Assembly (NCBI GenBank): GCA_016748015.1
Contig: JAAOMT010000003.1
Location: 1,430,373-1,494,372, forward strand
DNA from: Geosiphon pyriformis uo1
Lineage: Eukaryota; Fungi; Glomeromycota
DNA: 64,000 nt
Reading direction: 5' to 3'
Shown here: one piece after another, positions 13,676 through 27,764 of the stretch
Layout of the letters: each line of letters begins with the position of its first letter
Numbering within the stretch: position 1 is the stretch's first letter
Position numbers and translations under genes: made by a program
Notes under the pieces: generated by a model
What the model saw: only the letters and a program-made list of their open reading frames with translations
Told to the model about the DNA's origin: nothing
The model's database searches: none

Positions 13676-15249
13676 TTAGAATGTCTTTTTCTATATGTAG
13701 GATCAGATTTTAAAGATTTTTTGGTCAGAAAAATATCATATTTTATAGCTATCATTTTTGAGATTGAATATGGGTTGAAAAAACAAAGTTCTCCCTTTGA
13801 GATTCATGAATTTTCGCATGGATATTCCTACAAGAAACGATGCGTGTGAACTTTTAAAATAAAACTTACAAAGCTGAAATAAATACTTGTAGCATGACAG
13901 TATTTTCTACAAACAAAATTTCTATGATCGGATGATTTAATCAACAAGTTTGATAATTGAAATTAGTAATCTTTGTTCTTTCAGAGGAAAATCAAATGTG
14001 TGTAATTGGCATTTTTGATTGATAAGAAACAACCATCAGAAGCTTAATACAGATCTTGTGTATTCTGAAATCTAATGAAAAAAAATATACTAATTTCAAA
14101 TAATATATAATATAAGCCAATTAGTTTTGGAACTATTAAATTCATTGAATAAAAATGAATTTAATAATAAAATTGAATAAAGATTTAGATATACATTTTT
14201 TAATAATAGAAAAATAAGTTTAATTCAATATTTTTTCTCGTAAATTTATTAAAAAAACAATTACAAAAATTTCATATGTATTTTCATATTAGAAAGTCTT
14301 TAAAACTATTATATAAATAACTTTGTAAAAAAATCTTGGATAAATTTCTTTATTAATTTTAATCCAATCAATTGTTAAAATAAAACAATATTAAAATTTT
14401 CATTTATTTAATTGCAATACAGTCATATATTCACATATTTTAAAAGATTTAAATTAAAAATAACATGCTAATAAAAATTTTCTGAATTTTTTTTTTTTAT
14501 TAAGAAAAAATTGAAATATAAGTATTAAGAAACTTGATTTATAATTTTTTAAAATTAATTAATAAATATTGTATTGTGTTTTTAGCATTAATAAATTAAA
14601 AAATTTGAAGATTTTATAATTTTAACTTAATTATTAAATCATTATTTTTAATGCTTTTTTGAGTGTAGGTTTTTTACAATCTAATATACATATTAAATTG
14701 TAAACATAAATTATGCATTTTTTATATATAATTAGTCATTCAGATTAGTGTTATTATTGTGTTTTCTTATTATTTGTACTTTCTTATTATAACATAAAAC
14801 ACAACAAATAACAAACATATTATGAATTGTAACTGTTTTAACTATAAAATACACATGGTGTATAAATATATTTTTAAAAGTACAGAAATTAGAAAAGTGA
14901 ATAAAAATAAAAAAGTTATAATTTTGATTAAAAAAATTGTTAAATATTTGTTTTTAAACAAAAAGTTTCTTATTATTATAATTTATAAATACCAAGTTTA
15001 ATAATAATAATAATAATAATAAATATTTAAAAATTGATAAAAAATAAAAAATAAAAGAAAATATTACTTACTATAAAATTATAATAAATAAATTTTAAAA
15101 GTTACAAAAAACAGTTTATATAAAAAATTATTAAATTAAATGAGTTGTTTTAGGTTGTTTTATTAATAGTAATAAGAATAATTAAATAATTAAATAATTA
15201 AATAATTAACTAATTAAATAGTAAAAATGTTTATAAAAAAAAGAACAGC

Positions 15250-15282
15250 TGCATTAATTAATTAATTAATTAATTAATTAAT
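15250..15282. repeat. (TTAA)n self-complementary microsatellite
   Basis: attaattaattaattaattaattaattaatt run inside an AT-rich block. Confidence 0.8.
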
Positions 15283-16698
15283 TTACTCAGTTACCTTTAG
15301 TCAATCAATTAGAAAAACAGCATTAAAAAACGACGAAACAATAAATAGGTCCAGAGATAATATATTCAAGTTGTGTTTACTTCTTCGATTTAATTAATAT
15401 TTTAACTATATTATAATATTTTAACTATATTATTATATTTTAATTTCACAAATTTTGTAAATTTATTTAATAAATAATATATATTTATTATCTAGTACTT
15501 TTTTATTATTTAAAAACATAAGACTTAAAAGTTTTTAAAATTGGCTTTGGAAATGTGGTCTTTAAAAAAAACTTTGAAATTTTTCAAAGATACAATATAA
15601 TATTTGGTCATGTTCTAAAATTCTTGAAGATTTTCAATTTTTTTACATATAAAGCTAATTTTATAAAAATGATAAAATTAAAAACTTTTTTAAAGTTTTT
15701 TGTTATTTCTGACTAGATTTCTAAAAAAAAAAATTGAGCTACTTGTTTAGACAACCTTTCTCTAACAAGTGATCTAAAATAAATGGTTCACTACAATTAG
15801 CATTCACTCATATATAAGTTTTTTATATAAGTATTTCTATCAAATTGTACATTATATAATAGTTTTTTTTTCAGCAGATTTTGGGAAAAATATAAATTTT
15901 ATCTAATTGAAATTGAAATTATTGCATTAATATCATAGTTTTATGGGAAAATTTAAAAATCTCAAGCTATTTGTTTTTGTATAGGATAATTATTATGTTA
16001 AGTTTTTGAATGAATTGAATATTTAATAACTTTTATTAATTTAAGGTAATAGTTTTGCATTTGTTTTTGTCACATCGGTTTTAGTCAATATCATATTTAA
16101 TATCACATTCCCTTAATTCTATCAGTTAACTTTCAAAAATGAAATTTTGAGGGAATAAAGGCATTTCCAATTGCATTTCTTTCGAATAATGAGAACTTCG
16201 AGTATAGTCAATATATAAAAAGAAAGTTTTTGCAATTTTTAAAGAATGGCTTAATGTTTAATAAAAATCTGTTTATTAAAGAGTTACTACCTCAAAGCTG
16301 AAGTTATATTTTGTTTGAAAACTTTTACACTTTTCAAAAGCTTTTATATTGAATAGTTATTTAAAGTATTTTTTATATCATCGCACAGTAAAAACCAAAA
16401 CACTATCTAAATTTTACACTTTTAATAAACGGGGAACACACAAATATGCATTTATTTCTAATGCTATTCAGCTAAAGAGCGTTTTTATGGTTTTAGCCTG
16501 TGATAAAAACCAAATGTTCAAAGATCACTTTTTATTATAATTTTTAAAGTTTTTTTTGATGTTTGAAATAAAAATGCTATTCTTTTAACTTTATTGTGGG
16601 GCTTAAATAGTAGGCTATAGAATATTCTGCTAGTGAAAATTTTTAAGATAGGTAACACAAATTTAGAAAATGTATCATTACATTAAATAAAAGCGAAT

Positions 16699-18181
16699 CT
16701 ATTTTTTTATAATTTGAAAAACTTCATACTCCTCGACAAAAAAATCTTGCTTTTCTGATCCACGGATTATGGCATGCTCATAATCTGTTGTCTTTTGACA
16801 AAAGCACCCTGGACTATTTGCAAAATCATTGCCACCCAATCCAATACTACCATCTCCAAAATAGGGTCCATAATCTAGACCACAATAAGGTCCAGAATCG
16901 CCAAAATACCTGCTAAGTTTAATATTTTTATCTTCAAGGGAAAAAATAAAACTTCCTTCTCCATCCAACCAACCACCTCTAGAGTGCCAAGATTGTGGGT
17001 TAAAGCCGCCAATTAACTGACTAGTTCCTTTCACTTTGATTACGCTTACTGTTGCTCCTTTATTATCGCATAATCGATGAAAATCGGCTGGAGCGAATCC
17101 GTCTCGACTGCCTCGAAGTAATAAATTAAAATGATTTCCAAGTCGATCTTCAAAAGGGGTGTTTTTGTTTTTGCCTTGAATCCAACGATCAAGGCGTTTT
17201 ACATTCTGCAATTGAAGAAGCCTTGAATCAGTATTTGATCGTAATGGCTGATCGTCTTGAGACTTTTGTTGACTACCCGGTACGAGATAATGATGTAAAA
17301 GATCTTCATATAAAGTTCCAGGTAAAATTCTCGCAAATGGTTTTACTTTGTGATAAAAGTTAATTGAAGATATGTTAAAGAAGCGGATTAAAGGTAGAAG
17401 TCTTTCAATGGATTCCTTAAAGGCGTTAAAGTTTTCATCTGTCCAGTTAAGAACTTCTTTCATCTGAATGTTTGGATCTAATTTAGCAACTCCCCATTCC
17501 ACAATCTTTTCCCATATTTTAGATTCTTCCATATTTAGGTCATTCCGAGTTAAAATTGAGGAAAGAATATTCTCACTAAGAGAGGTGAAATCTCGAGAGT
17601 TGAAGACTATAGCTGGATTGTTAGCAGCTATTTGGGTGCAAAATTTTTGTAGCTTTTTGAAAGAATCATGCATAAATGAAGTTTTGTGCAAAGTGGCGAA
17701 ACTTTTTTCTAGCTCTTTTGGATGGTGTTCAATCAAATAGTCTTCAACGGTATCAATAAGATTCTCTATAATAAGCTCATCAGCTGTAACAAGCAATTGT
17801 AAAATGGTAGGCACATCATGTTTATCAAGAGAGATCTCGCCGTTATAAATATATCTGTATAGGAAAATGAACCATATAAATCTATGTTAGCCAAAAATAC
17901 TTTGAAGCAAATAAAAACCCTTACGTGAGAATTATTTCAAAAATATTAGGTAAAATATTAGGTTTAGCGAAGATAATAGTATTGTTTTCCCTTTTAACCC
18001 AATTACTAGAGAGTGCTACAGCAAAATATGGTGATCTTGCTGCTAAAATTTGGGAATGAGCGTGAAAAGTTCTAATATTAGGCGCTTCTCCAACAATAAT
18101 ACTAATATCAGAGAATTTCTGACTCTTTAGTAAATTCCCGAAATCATGGGATAAAGCGTGGAGGAATTGCTGGGCTGCCAT
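16699..18181 (-). CDS. BTB/POZ-BACK-TLDc domain protein; 2 exons
   Basis: BTB FSDISIIVGE...FHAHSQILAARSPYF; intron 17924-17855 then YIYNGEISL. BACK LTRNDLNMEESKIWEKIVEWG; TLDc LLLRGSRDGFAPADFHRLCDNKGATVSVIKV...IGGFNP...GPYFG...VEEYEVF. Typical expanded glomeromycete architecture. Confidence 0.92.
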
Positions 18182-18594
18182 TGATAAACTATGAGAAGTT
18201 TTTGAAGTGTTGATAGTTCAACCTGCAGTCTCCAGTTTCACAAAACCAAATCAGCACCGAGTTTTTTTATGCTAACAAGTGATCGACAGGTGATGGATAT
18301 TAATTTTTTCAGATTTAAATACAAATTACTATCTTAACCATTAAATTATTGTTATAAAACAAATGCACAAACAAGAATTGAAAATAATTTATATTAACCA
18401 TTAGATTTTACATAATTTGTTATGTGAAAATTTTAAATTAATATTGGGAAATTCCAAATATAGTTGGTTTGTTGACAATTAATTTGGATCTATAATTAAA
18501 AAGCTTAATTTCTTTAACATTTTATTTCAGTCAAATATTATATGATATATTAAAAAAAATATACCAACTTAAAAATAAGATTTAAACAAACAAC

Positions 18595-18636
<42 letters not shown>

Positions 18637-18729
18637 TTATTTTACATCTTTAAACACTTCACTGTTCTTTACAATTTTATAATTTATTTTTGTTATGATG
18701 TACAAGTTGAACTAATTAATTCATCAATA

Positions 18730-19070
18730 TTAGTTGTTTTATAAATTATGCCAAAATCCCTTTAGCAATTTCGTTGACCTTTTTAAAAATTCTTATGGAA
18801 TCCATTCATAATAATAAACTCTATTGTACTTATTAACCATACTATATTTCTTGACTCTAACAGGTGTATATAGATTAGAATCTTAATTTTTTCATTAATT
18901 ACTTTATCCCCGCTTGAAAATTTATTTAAAAGTTTTTCAAAAAATAAAAACTGGCATGCGCTACACTTATTCCACTGATCTTGAATATTCTCTTGACACC
19001 TTGTACACAAATTCAAATCATGAGAAGCTTCTAAACGAGTTCTTTTTAATTTCAAAGATTTCCATGGTTT
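18730..19070 (-). pseudogene. 5' relic of a tyrosine-kinase-like (TKL) protein kinase gene
   Basis: CxxC...CxxC then FSSGDKVINE (cf. WTSGNxxID), followed by broken YEWIP*EF...VNEIAKG/FGIIYK (subdomain I Gly loop) with a stop and frameshifts; nothing recognisable beyond. Confidence 0.6.
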
Positions 19071-21894
19071 GAATAAAGGATAAAAAATAAAATTAAATAG
19101 TTTATCATTTAAAAGTTTTTTTAAAACTTTATTAATTGTATATTTAGAAAGTAAATTTTTAAAGGCAGGATTTATATTGATATTGTTTTTCTATATTCAC
19201 ATAGTTTAACAAATTAAGTAATAGAATCATTTATTCTTTAACTTTGAAAAATATCATTAATCATTAAACTAATCATTTTCTAATAAATAGCTATAGTACA
19301 CAAGACACCCCACAAATTTTCTATTGTCTCATTATCACTTTGCCTAAAAAAGTGGTTTAACTTATACCTAATCAAGCATTTATGAAATGAAATGGTTATA
19401 TACAGGCTCTTTAATTCACTTTCCAATAGAGATGAGCTGTGGAAAAATTACAATAGTATCAAAATCGGTTTTTATAAAAGATTAATTTAGTTTGTCAATG
19501 TTTAATGTGTTTTTTAGTAGCTTCAAATATTGTTTTTTAAATTGATATAATACACTGAGACGATAAAAATTAACACATTTATTCAAATAACAGCGAAAAA
19601 AAAGCTATATTAAAATAATATTGAACATTTAAAATGCTTCAATTGCAAGATATTCGAATCTCGCCATTTTTTTATGTTTAGTTCTTCTGTAATAACATTA
19701 TTTGCTAAATGTGAATATTATATGTCCATAATAATCAAAATTTCATTTTTTTATTGTTTGAACATAGTAATTATTCAATATTAACATGAAACTGTTTTTA
19801 TAGCTTTTGAAAATTTAAATACGAGAAATTTAATCTTAAAACAATAATAAAAATCCACAAAGCTGATTTTTGATGCAAATTAATTTCTTTATAAATCCCC
19901 TTTTTTGACATTTTTTATGTTTAAGTTGTTATAAAAAATTTAAAATTTTTATAATATCTAAAAGCATTGAATTTATTTGTACATTTAAAAATTTTGAATT
20001 TTTACTTAAAATAAATAATTAAGGCAATATTCAACACAAAGCAAATTACCAAAAGTATAACAATTTAAAAATCTATTTAAACTAAAGAATATATTTACAA
20101 ATTATTTATAATTGAACTCTTTGGAATTTTATTGAAGTGTATAAAGATAGCTGTGTTATATTGGATTTGGAATGTGGTGGTTGTGTTCCATTAAGTTTGA
20201 CTGGATTGCGAAAGCTTGCAACACAAAGTTGTGCAGATCCAATAATAATATTCTGTTAATACAACATAATTAATAAAAACTGTTTTAAACATTACATAAT
20301 ACACAATACTTATTTTTCTCCTAATCTTTACTTGTAAAAAATGTTCAATAGTGAAGTAAAAACAGCAAAGTTATGTCTATCTCGAGAAAGATAACAGCAC
20401 TCCAAATAAATCATTCAATAAATTTGAGATCCATAATATACAGATTACATCTAAACCCTATATATTATAACAAAGCAATTATAAATCAAATTAAATGTAT
20501 TTTAAACATTTTTAATAAAACAAGCTCAAACAAACAATTACTTGCCTTAAACCAAAGACTACAAACAAAAATGGTTTCATCCATACCATCTTTTATTTTA
20601 TTTCCAAGCTTTACAGAACTATTCTATAAATTATTGCTGTAATAATTAAGTGGCTTGATTTCTGAAATTAAAAAATATGCTTTTTGTATCAATTCAATAT
20701 AAACACAATAAAATTTGGTCTTTTTTACTTGAAAATAAGAATTAAACTTTTTTTGCAATATGAAAAAAAATTTAATGTATAATTTAACTTAAATTGTTTT
20801 AAAAGACAATTATTTAATAAATATTATTACATTAAAAACATTTATATTTTAAAGCTTATTAGAAAAAATAAAAATGACTGATATGAATACTTTATAAACA
20901 AAAATATCTTTATTTCTATAGATTTTATTTCTGTTTGATAGTTAATTTATGCTGTAAAATAGCAAAAAAAATTAGAAAATTGATTATAAAATAAAATTAA
21001 AATGATTAATTTCAATATATTATATTTATATATTTTTAAAATACTTCAAAAACAATATTTTAATTATTCTTATTAGAATATTACCATTGGTTAAGTAAAA
21101 CCTTAAAATCGTTAAAACTGTTTCTGGTCACTTAATTACGTAAATAACATAATTCAAAACATATGATATTATAATTTTGTCTTGGCTATTTAACTTTATA
21201 TTAAAATATTATTAAACAACTGCTTAAAAACGAACTTCGTTTTAGGTTTTTTAAAAATCAAATTTTTTCTGTATTTTTATAATATTTTTCTTTAAAAAAA
21301 CATAATTAAGAACACTATAATTATTTAAAATTACAATAAGTTAAAATTCAAAAGACTTGTACATTAAAATATTTATTAATAAAATATTTATAATAAGCAG
21401 AATTGTTGTTTGCTAATGCTTTTACAATTGATAACTGATAATACTTATAAAGTAAATTTGTTAAGTTAATATTTTAAATTATTTACTAAAACATTTAAAT
21501 ATAAATTATTATATATTTTTCTAATAATGTTTTAATTGAAAATGTTTATAAAATTATTATATTAAATATCTTTTTTTAATATTATCTTATTAATATTAGA
21601 ACTAATATTTTTTGAATCTAAACTAGAGTTTATTAATAAATAATAAAATAAATTGTCAATTTTATTAAAATTAAGATTTAATAATTTTTGTTTTAATAAA
21701 ATAAAATTATTTTTAGCTGTATTAATTATAAAATTTATTACAATACATATAATTTTTTTCTGCATATTAATTAATAAAAACCAAAAACATAAACAATATT
21801 AAGATTAGAAAAAAAATTATAAAAAAAATGCAAATTTTGTTTATTTATTTGTTTATGACAATTTTTCTTGGTTTTAATGTCTGTTTTTGTTAAA

Positions 21895-22735
21895 AATTAA
21901 TTATTTTTGAATTGGTTTTTTTAGAGATTTAAATAATAACAGATTATATTATGTTTTCTATCTAAATAATAATAAATTGTATTATACTTAATTATATATA
22001 TAATTAAATTTTTATATTTGTAATTTTAGACTTTTATATACCTTATAAAATACTGAATTATAATATGTTTTTTACTTTAAACAAGTTTATACAAAGCAAT
22101 TACTTAATTAATAAGTTTAAAGTATAGTTAATTATTTTTAAATTGGTTTTTTTGAAGATTTAAATTATAAAACTTTTTTTTTTTAAATAATAGTAAATTA
22201 TATTATGTTTGCTATTTAAATAATAATAAATATATTATGCTTTTTATTTAAGTAGTAATAGATTATATTATGCTTTTTATTTAAATAATAACAAATTATA
22301 TTATCCTTAATTATATATAATATAATTAAATTTTTGTATATATTATAAAAATATTAAATTATAATATATTTTTTATTTCAAACAAATCTTATATAACAAA
22401 ATTGCTTAATTAACAATTATAAAATGTAATTAATTATTTTTAATTTGATTTTTTGAAGATTTAAATTATAATATTCTTTTTTTTTATTTAAAGAATAGCA
22501 AATTATATTATGTTTCTTATTCGAATAGTAACAAATTGTATTATGCTTAATTATACATAATATAATTAAATTTCTATGCTTAAAATTTTAGAATTTGTAC
22601 ATAATATAAAAATAATAAATTATAATACACTTTTTATTTTAAACAAACTTTGTCTAACAAAGTTATTCAACCAACAATTGCAAAATATAATTAGTTATTC
22701 CAGATTGGTTTCTTTAAAAATCTAAATTATGTATT
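21895..22735. repeat. Degenerate higher-order tandem repeat (units ~230-300 bp with internal 33-bp subrepeats)
   Basis: Anchor aattattttt-aattggttttttt-gaagatttaaat recurs near 21898, 22130, 22432 and 22692. Subunit aaataataacaaattatattatgctttttattt occurs 2-4 times per unit. Confidence 0.75.
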
Positions 22736-23837
22736 TTTTTTTTCTACTTAGATAAAAACACATAACACATAACTACTTAAATATTTAACCAATAATTGCC
22801 AAGCATAAGATATGCTTATTTAATGAAAAAATATTCAAAGAAAAAACCAATTTTAAGACAATTGCAAAGAACTTATACTCTTTTATGTTTCAAGCAATTT
22901 TTATTAAACAGCATTTCTAATTCTATAGACAATCTTGAATGTATCTTCTCCATATTGCAAGAAGATATTTAAATATAGTACATGTCCCAATTAATTACAT
23001 CATTCCATAGATTTATAGTTCTGTTTAGTAACTTGGGTAAAAAGTAGAAAATGCAAGTTAGATCCCACTTTCATTTTATCTCAAGCTATCAAAGCATCAG
23101 AATGAAAGTTTACCTGGATAGTAAAGAAGATCAAGAAGCTTTTAGTAGTTAATTTTTAGGAGGCATTCTTAGATGTCTGATAAAAACTGCTGAAAGGTAA
23201 ATCAGTTAGGCGTGTTGTCTTGTAAAAAAAAATTTCCAGCTCCCTTAATTTACGTCACCTTCATAGAAGATTTATGCCATACACAAAATGAGAAAGATAT
23301 AAACGCGTGTCGTTTTTTATCAAAATTCATCTTATTTTGTGACGTCAAAGCATCTTTTGCATAATTATATATAAATTTTATTATATTAATATAATTATTG
23401 AAAATCATAATTTTTTTATTATCACATTTTTCATATATGAAACATGATATTTATTTTTAAATAATGAATATCAAAATTCAAATTATTAGTATAAGAGAAA
23501 CAAAAAACATTGAATATTCGAGTACATTTCAGTAACGTCATTGTTGCCTATTTTCAGCTAGAAGCTTTTTGTAACCAATATCAAGATAATTTTTATTCAA
23601 AAATACTTGCGCCCTAAAAAGTCAAACAAGTTTATCTGTCATGTGATTATGCTGCCCAATCACACATTTTCCCCCAAGCAACTAATTTTCATAATTGTCT
23701 TGGAATAAGAGATTTCCTTTTTTAATGTGACTTCAAAACCAGAGTCTTAAAGAAATATGATACAGACGAATCGAATAAGGAGCTTTATGAACCAAATCTC
23801 CCTTTTTATCGCCCAACATATTTTCCATGGATCCAAC

Positions 23838-25081
23838 TTATGCAATGTTCATTAAACTAAGGAAAGCACCAATACCCCCACCTAAACCTACACCTACACT
23901 TCCACCTCCACCATCACCACCTCCAAATCCCAGCCCTTGTAAAATTATCCATAACATACTCCCTGCTGCTAAAGGCATAACAAGATTATCATCTAATCCC
24001 CAAATATCAATCAACTCGCTAGCTCCACTGATGAGACCTGTCAAGATTGCCAATATTGGCAATGATATAGGGCTGGTTTCTGGTTGCCAACTCGGCGAAG
24101 ATAATGATGATTGATTATCGTGTTTGAGAATATTAGTTCCCCAAAATAATAGAGCAGATATCGTCCCAACCGTAATGGCTCCCAAAGTACCAGCCAATGA
24201 TTTTCCATTTTTGAATTTATAAGTGTGATGACCATATAATCTTCCAATAAATGATGCCGCTGTATCACACCATGACAGGATTATAATTGACAATGCTGCA
24301 ATATCCTAAAGTGATGTACCAAAAATTTGAAATAAGGATCGATGAAACAATGCCAGTTGACAAGATTAATCCAAGTACACAAGGCAACAGAGAACCTCTT
24401 TATCTTGATTACTCACCTTCGGAAATATCGTCAATGCTCCAATACATCCAGCCAAATAGTATACTACACCATTTACTCTTTCATGCTTTTCTATATCCCT
24501 CATCAAAAACCCACAATACTTTATATAGAGGTGATTTATTCTTTGATTGGTGAAACGTATTATATCAGCCGAAGTAACGACAGCGAATGCAACAAGAAGG
24601 TAATTCCGTATAGTTATTGGATTTGCATCGATTGAATATAAATATATCACAATGAATCCTAATAATTGAGGGGACGAAAATTAAATGATGAATTCAGGTC
24701 AAAAAGCATCTCATATCAATTTGTAGCAGAAAAATAGATAAATCATGAAGACACGAACACGTTTATCTAACCTATTGATGAATGCATAGTTTTCCTTGGG
24801 ATTTCCCATTGCCGTTTGTTTTCTGTTTTCTGAGTGGATAGTCTAAAACCATTAGCTTTATGTTTGGAATTTTTTTGTTTCTTGTGAGCAGCTAGGTTTC
24901 GATGCAACGCCATTAAAAGAGTATTTGACGAATCGTGAAATTTAAAGTAACAATACAAACAATGACGCGTCAAAAGTGCAGCTGGTGAGGAATTAAGTGA
25001 GGTTAGTGACTCAAGGTCAATAAAGTTTTCTTGTAGTTGTTGACAATAGGAACAATGAGGAAACAAAGCGATATTGGACAT
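23838..25081 (-). CDS. DGK1: CTP-dependent diacylglycerol kinase (Dgk1-like, cytidylyltransferase family); 3 exons
   Basis: WEIPRKTMHSSIG|FIVIYLY...GFLMRDIEKHERVNGVVYYLAG...FPK|DIAALSIIILSWCDTAASFIGRLYG...NGKSLAG...SELIDIWGLDDNLVMP. First in-frame ATG at 25081. Confidence 0.9.
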
Positions 25082-27764
25082 GCGAAACAGTTTAAAAAGG
25101 AGCTTAGGAAAAGTTGGAAATCTTTTTTTAACTGATATTGCATCGTCGAACACACAAATTCACCACACCATCATGAATTAATCACTTTATTCTGGTTTCA
25201 CAACGTCTCACTGTTGCAGCGCGCAGTGGCATGCAGAACTGGTGCTCGCACACGCTTTAGTTACACAAAATCTTTGTTTCGAAAACCGGTTCGGAAAGCG
25301 ATATCCCGAAACTTGCTAGATTAGGCTAAAAATTTAGTCTACCGGTTTTTCGGAATCTGTAAACGACAAAGGCAAAATTTTCAGTCTTTCCTTTAAGTGA
25401 TTAAAACAAAGCGTTATTTATAATAAAGGAATTTTCACAGATTAGATTAGAATTGAAGCAATGTAGCAGGGAGTTACAACATATGTTGAAAGTTGGGAGT
25501 AAAATAAAGACGAAAATATTGAGAGCGAAAAAATTTAAACCGAGATTGCAGCGAAATAATCAAAGTGAATCAAGAGACAGAAAAGCTTAAAGGCAAAGTT
25601 TGTTAGAAGTTTAAACTAAGAAATACAGAGAAGGTTAGTGGAAAAAATGACCTTAGTTTTCTCATTGATTCTCTAAAAGAGTGTAAAAAAAGTAGTATTG
25701 AAATAAACTTTCTTTGATTTAACATTTTTTAAAAAACTTTTTTACTTTGAAAATATGTATTAAATTTTAGTGTTTTTAAATTATTTTTTTTTAATACAAG
25801 TTTTTCTATTTCATTTAATAATTAAGCAATTTTATTTAGTATAAAATAAATATAGTTTTATAAGCTAAATAGTTAGTTTATATATAAAACACATAAATTA
25901 TGTTTATTAAAATTATGAAATTTTTAATTTAATTTTGAAAATTATATTAATAAAAAACAAATAATTTTAATTAAAAAAAGTTAATATAAAGTTTAATTAT
26001 TAATTTATTGTTTTTTATATTATTTAAAAAAAATTCAAAAGTTAAAAAAAGATATTTTTAATTTAAACCAAAAAACATATAAATATTATTTTTAAAGCAA
26101 AAATAAAATTTTAGAATTATTAATAATCAAAATTTTTTTAATATTCTATTAAATTAAAATTTTACTTATTTAAATTTTACTTGGATCTTTTAACTAATTT
26201 ATTTTCATTTTTTTATAATTATATACAAATATAAAATATTATTATATAAAATTTTTTTAATTTTTACTATAATTTTAATGTTAAAAAAATTGTGTTACTT
26301 AAACAAAAATAATAATATTATTAAATAACTAATTAAATATTAAATATTATAAAAAAAGTATTTTTGTTTTAAATTAAAATTATTATAGTTTTTATTTAAT
26401 ATATATAAATTTAAATTATTATCTTAAATTTATAGTTTTTAATTATAATTATTAGTAAGTTATTAATTTTTTATTTTTTTACTTTTGTTTATTCTTAAAA
26501 TTAATTTGTTAAAAAAAATATAATATTATGATTAATTTAAAAAAACCATGTACACTATAAACATAAAATTAAACTTATTAATAATTTGTATAATTTTTCA
26601 AAAAATAATATAACACAAAAAAGTAAAACAGATTAAATACATTATTGTTACAAATAATAACTCAATTAAATTTTTGTTTTTTATATTTAAAACTAAATTA
26701 ATTGTTTTTATATATAAAATATATATTTATAAAATAATAAATTATTTTTGCAGTTTTGTTTTTAAATTGTAAATTATTTGTTTTAATTGTTTTTACAAAC
26801 AGAATTAAAAATAATATTAAACAGATTGTTTAAGCTTTTATGTCTTAATATTTTGATAATAACAAGCTTTTAAACTTAAATGGCTTTTTTATAATTTTAT
26901 TAAAAATATTTTTATATAAAATTATATTATTGTAATGTATTCTTTAAAAATACTTAAAATTAGAATATTTATAATTTTTTTTTGTTTAAGATATAATTTT
27001 TTATTATCATATTATATACAATTATATAATAACAATTATAATATAGAATCAATATTTCCAATATATATTATTTTTAAAATTTTATTTAACCTAATTTAAT
27101 TATTACTTTATTGTTATCTTTTGTTTTGTATTTAAATATACATAAATCTTTAAACTTTTTTATCTTTTGCTTTTTTTGAATATAAAAAAAACTCATGTTG
27201 TTAATAACTAGGATTTGTGTTAATTATAATAATATTTTTAACCAGATCATTGGCCATAAATTTGAATGTGTTATTTTATGTGTATATTATGATGGTTTTT
27301 GTGTTGTCTTAACAACAGTAACAGAATTAGTATCAATAGACAACCACAACCTAAATGCCAAAATAATAAGTATAAATCTTTATTTTTAAACAATAAAGAA
27401 TAAAAAAATGAAAAACACATCTCTTAGACCAAGCAGTAATATAATCGTTTCAAATAGGATTTCACTTGCAACATCAGTTAAAATGAGATGAAAAAAAACA
27501 TAAAATACGTAATAAAATCTTTTCACATACTATTAATAAGTGATCAAATTGTATGTTCACGTGATTGTGATTTATTGGCATCTTAAACCTATATCAAAGA
27601 AATAGTATAAATTTTATTTTTAGCGCCGACGTTGACCTGATCCTTCAAAAAGAGAATACATTGAAAACCCATTTTCTATTACAAAATCAAAGGCTTTATT
27701 CATTTGCTGTTTAGATACAAATTTTTTATGAATCTCTTCTACAATAAAGGATTGATTGATCAAA

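Noticed and set aside
22180-22320. 33-bp repeats as a CRISPR array
   Set aside because: Directly tandem, degenerate and spacer-less.
23827-24114. Pro-rich 95-aa ORF on +
   Set aside because: Antisense shadow of the Gly-rich DGK1 C-terminus.
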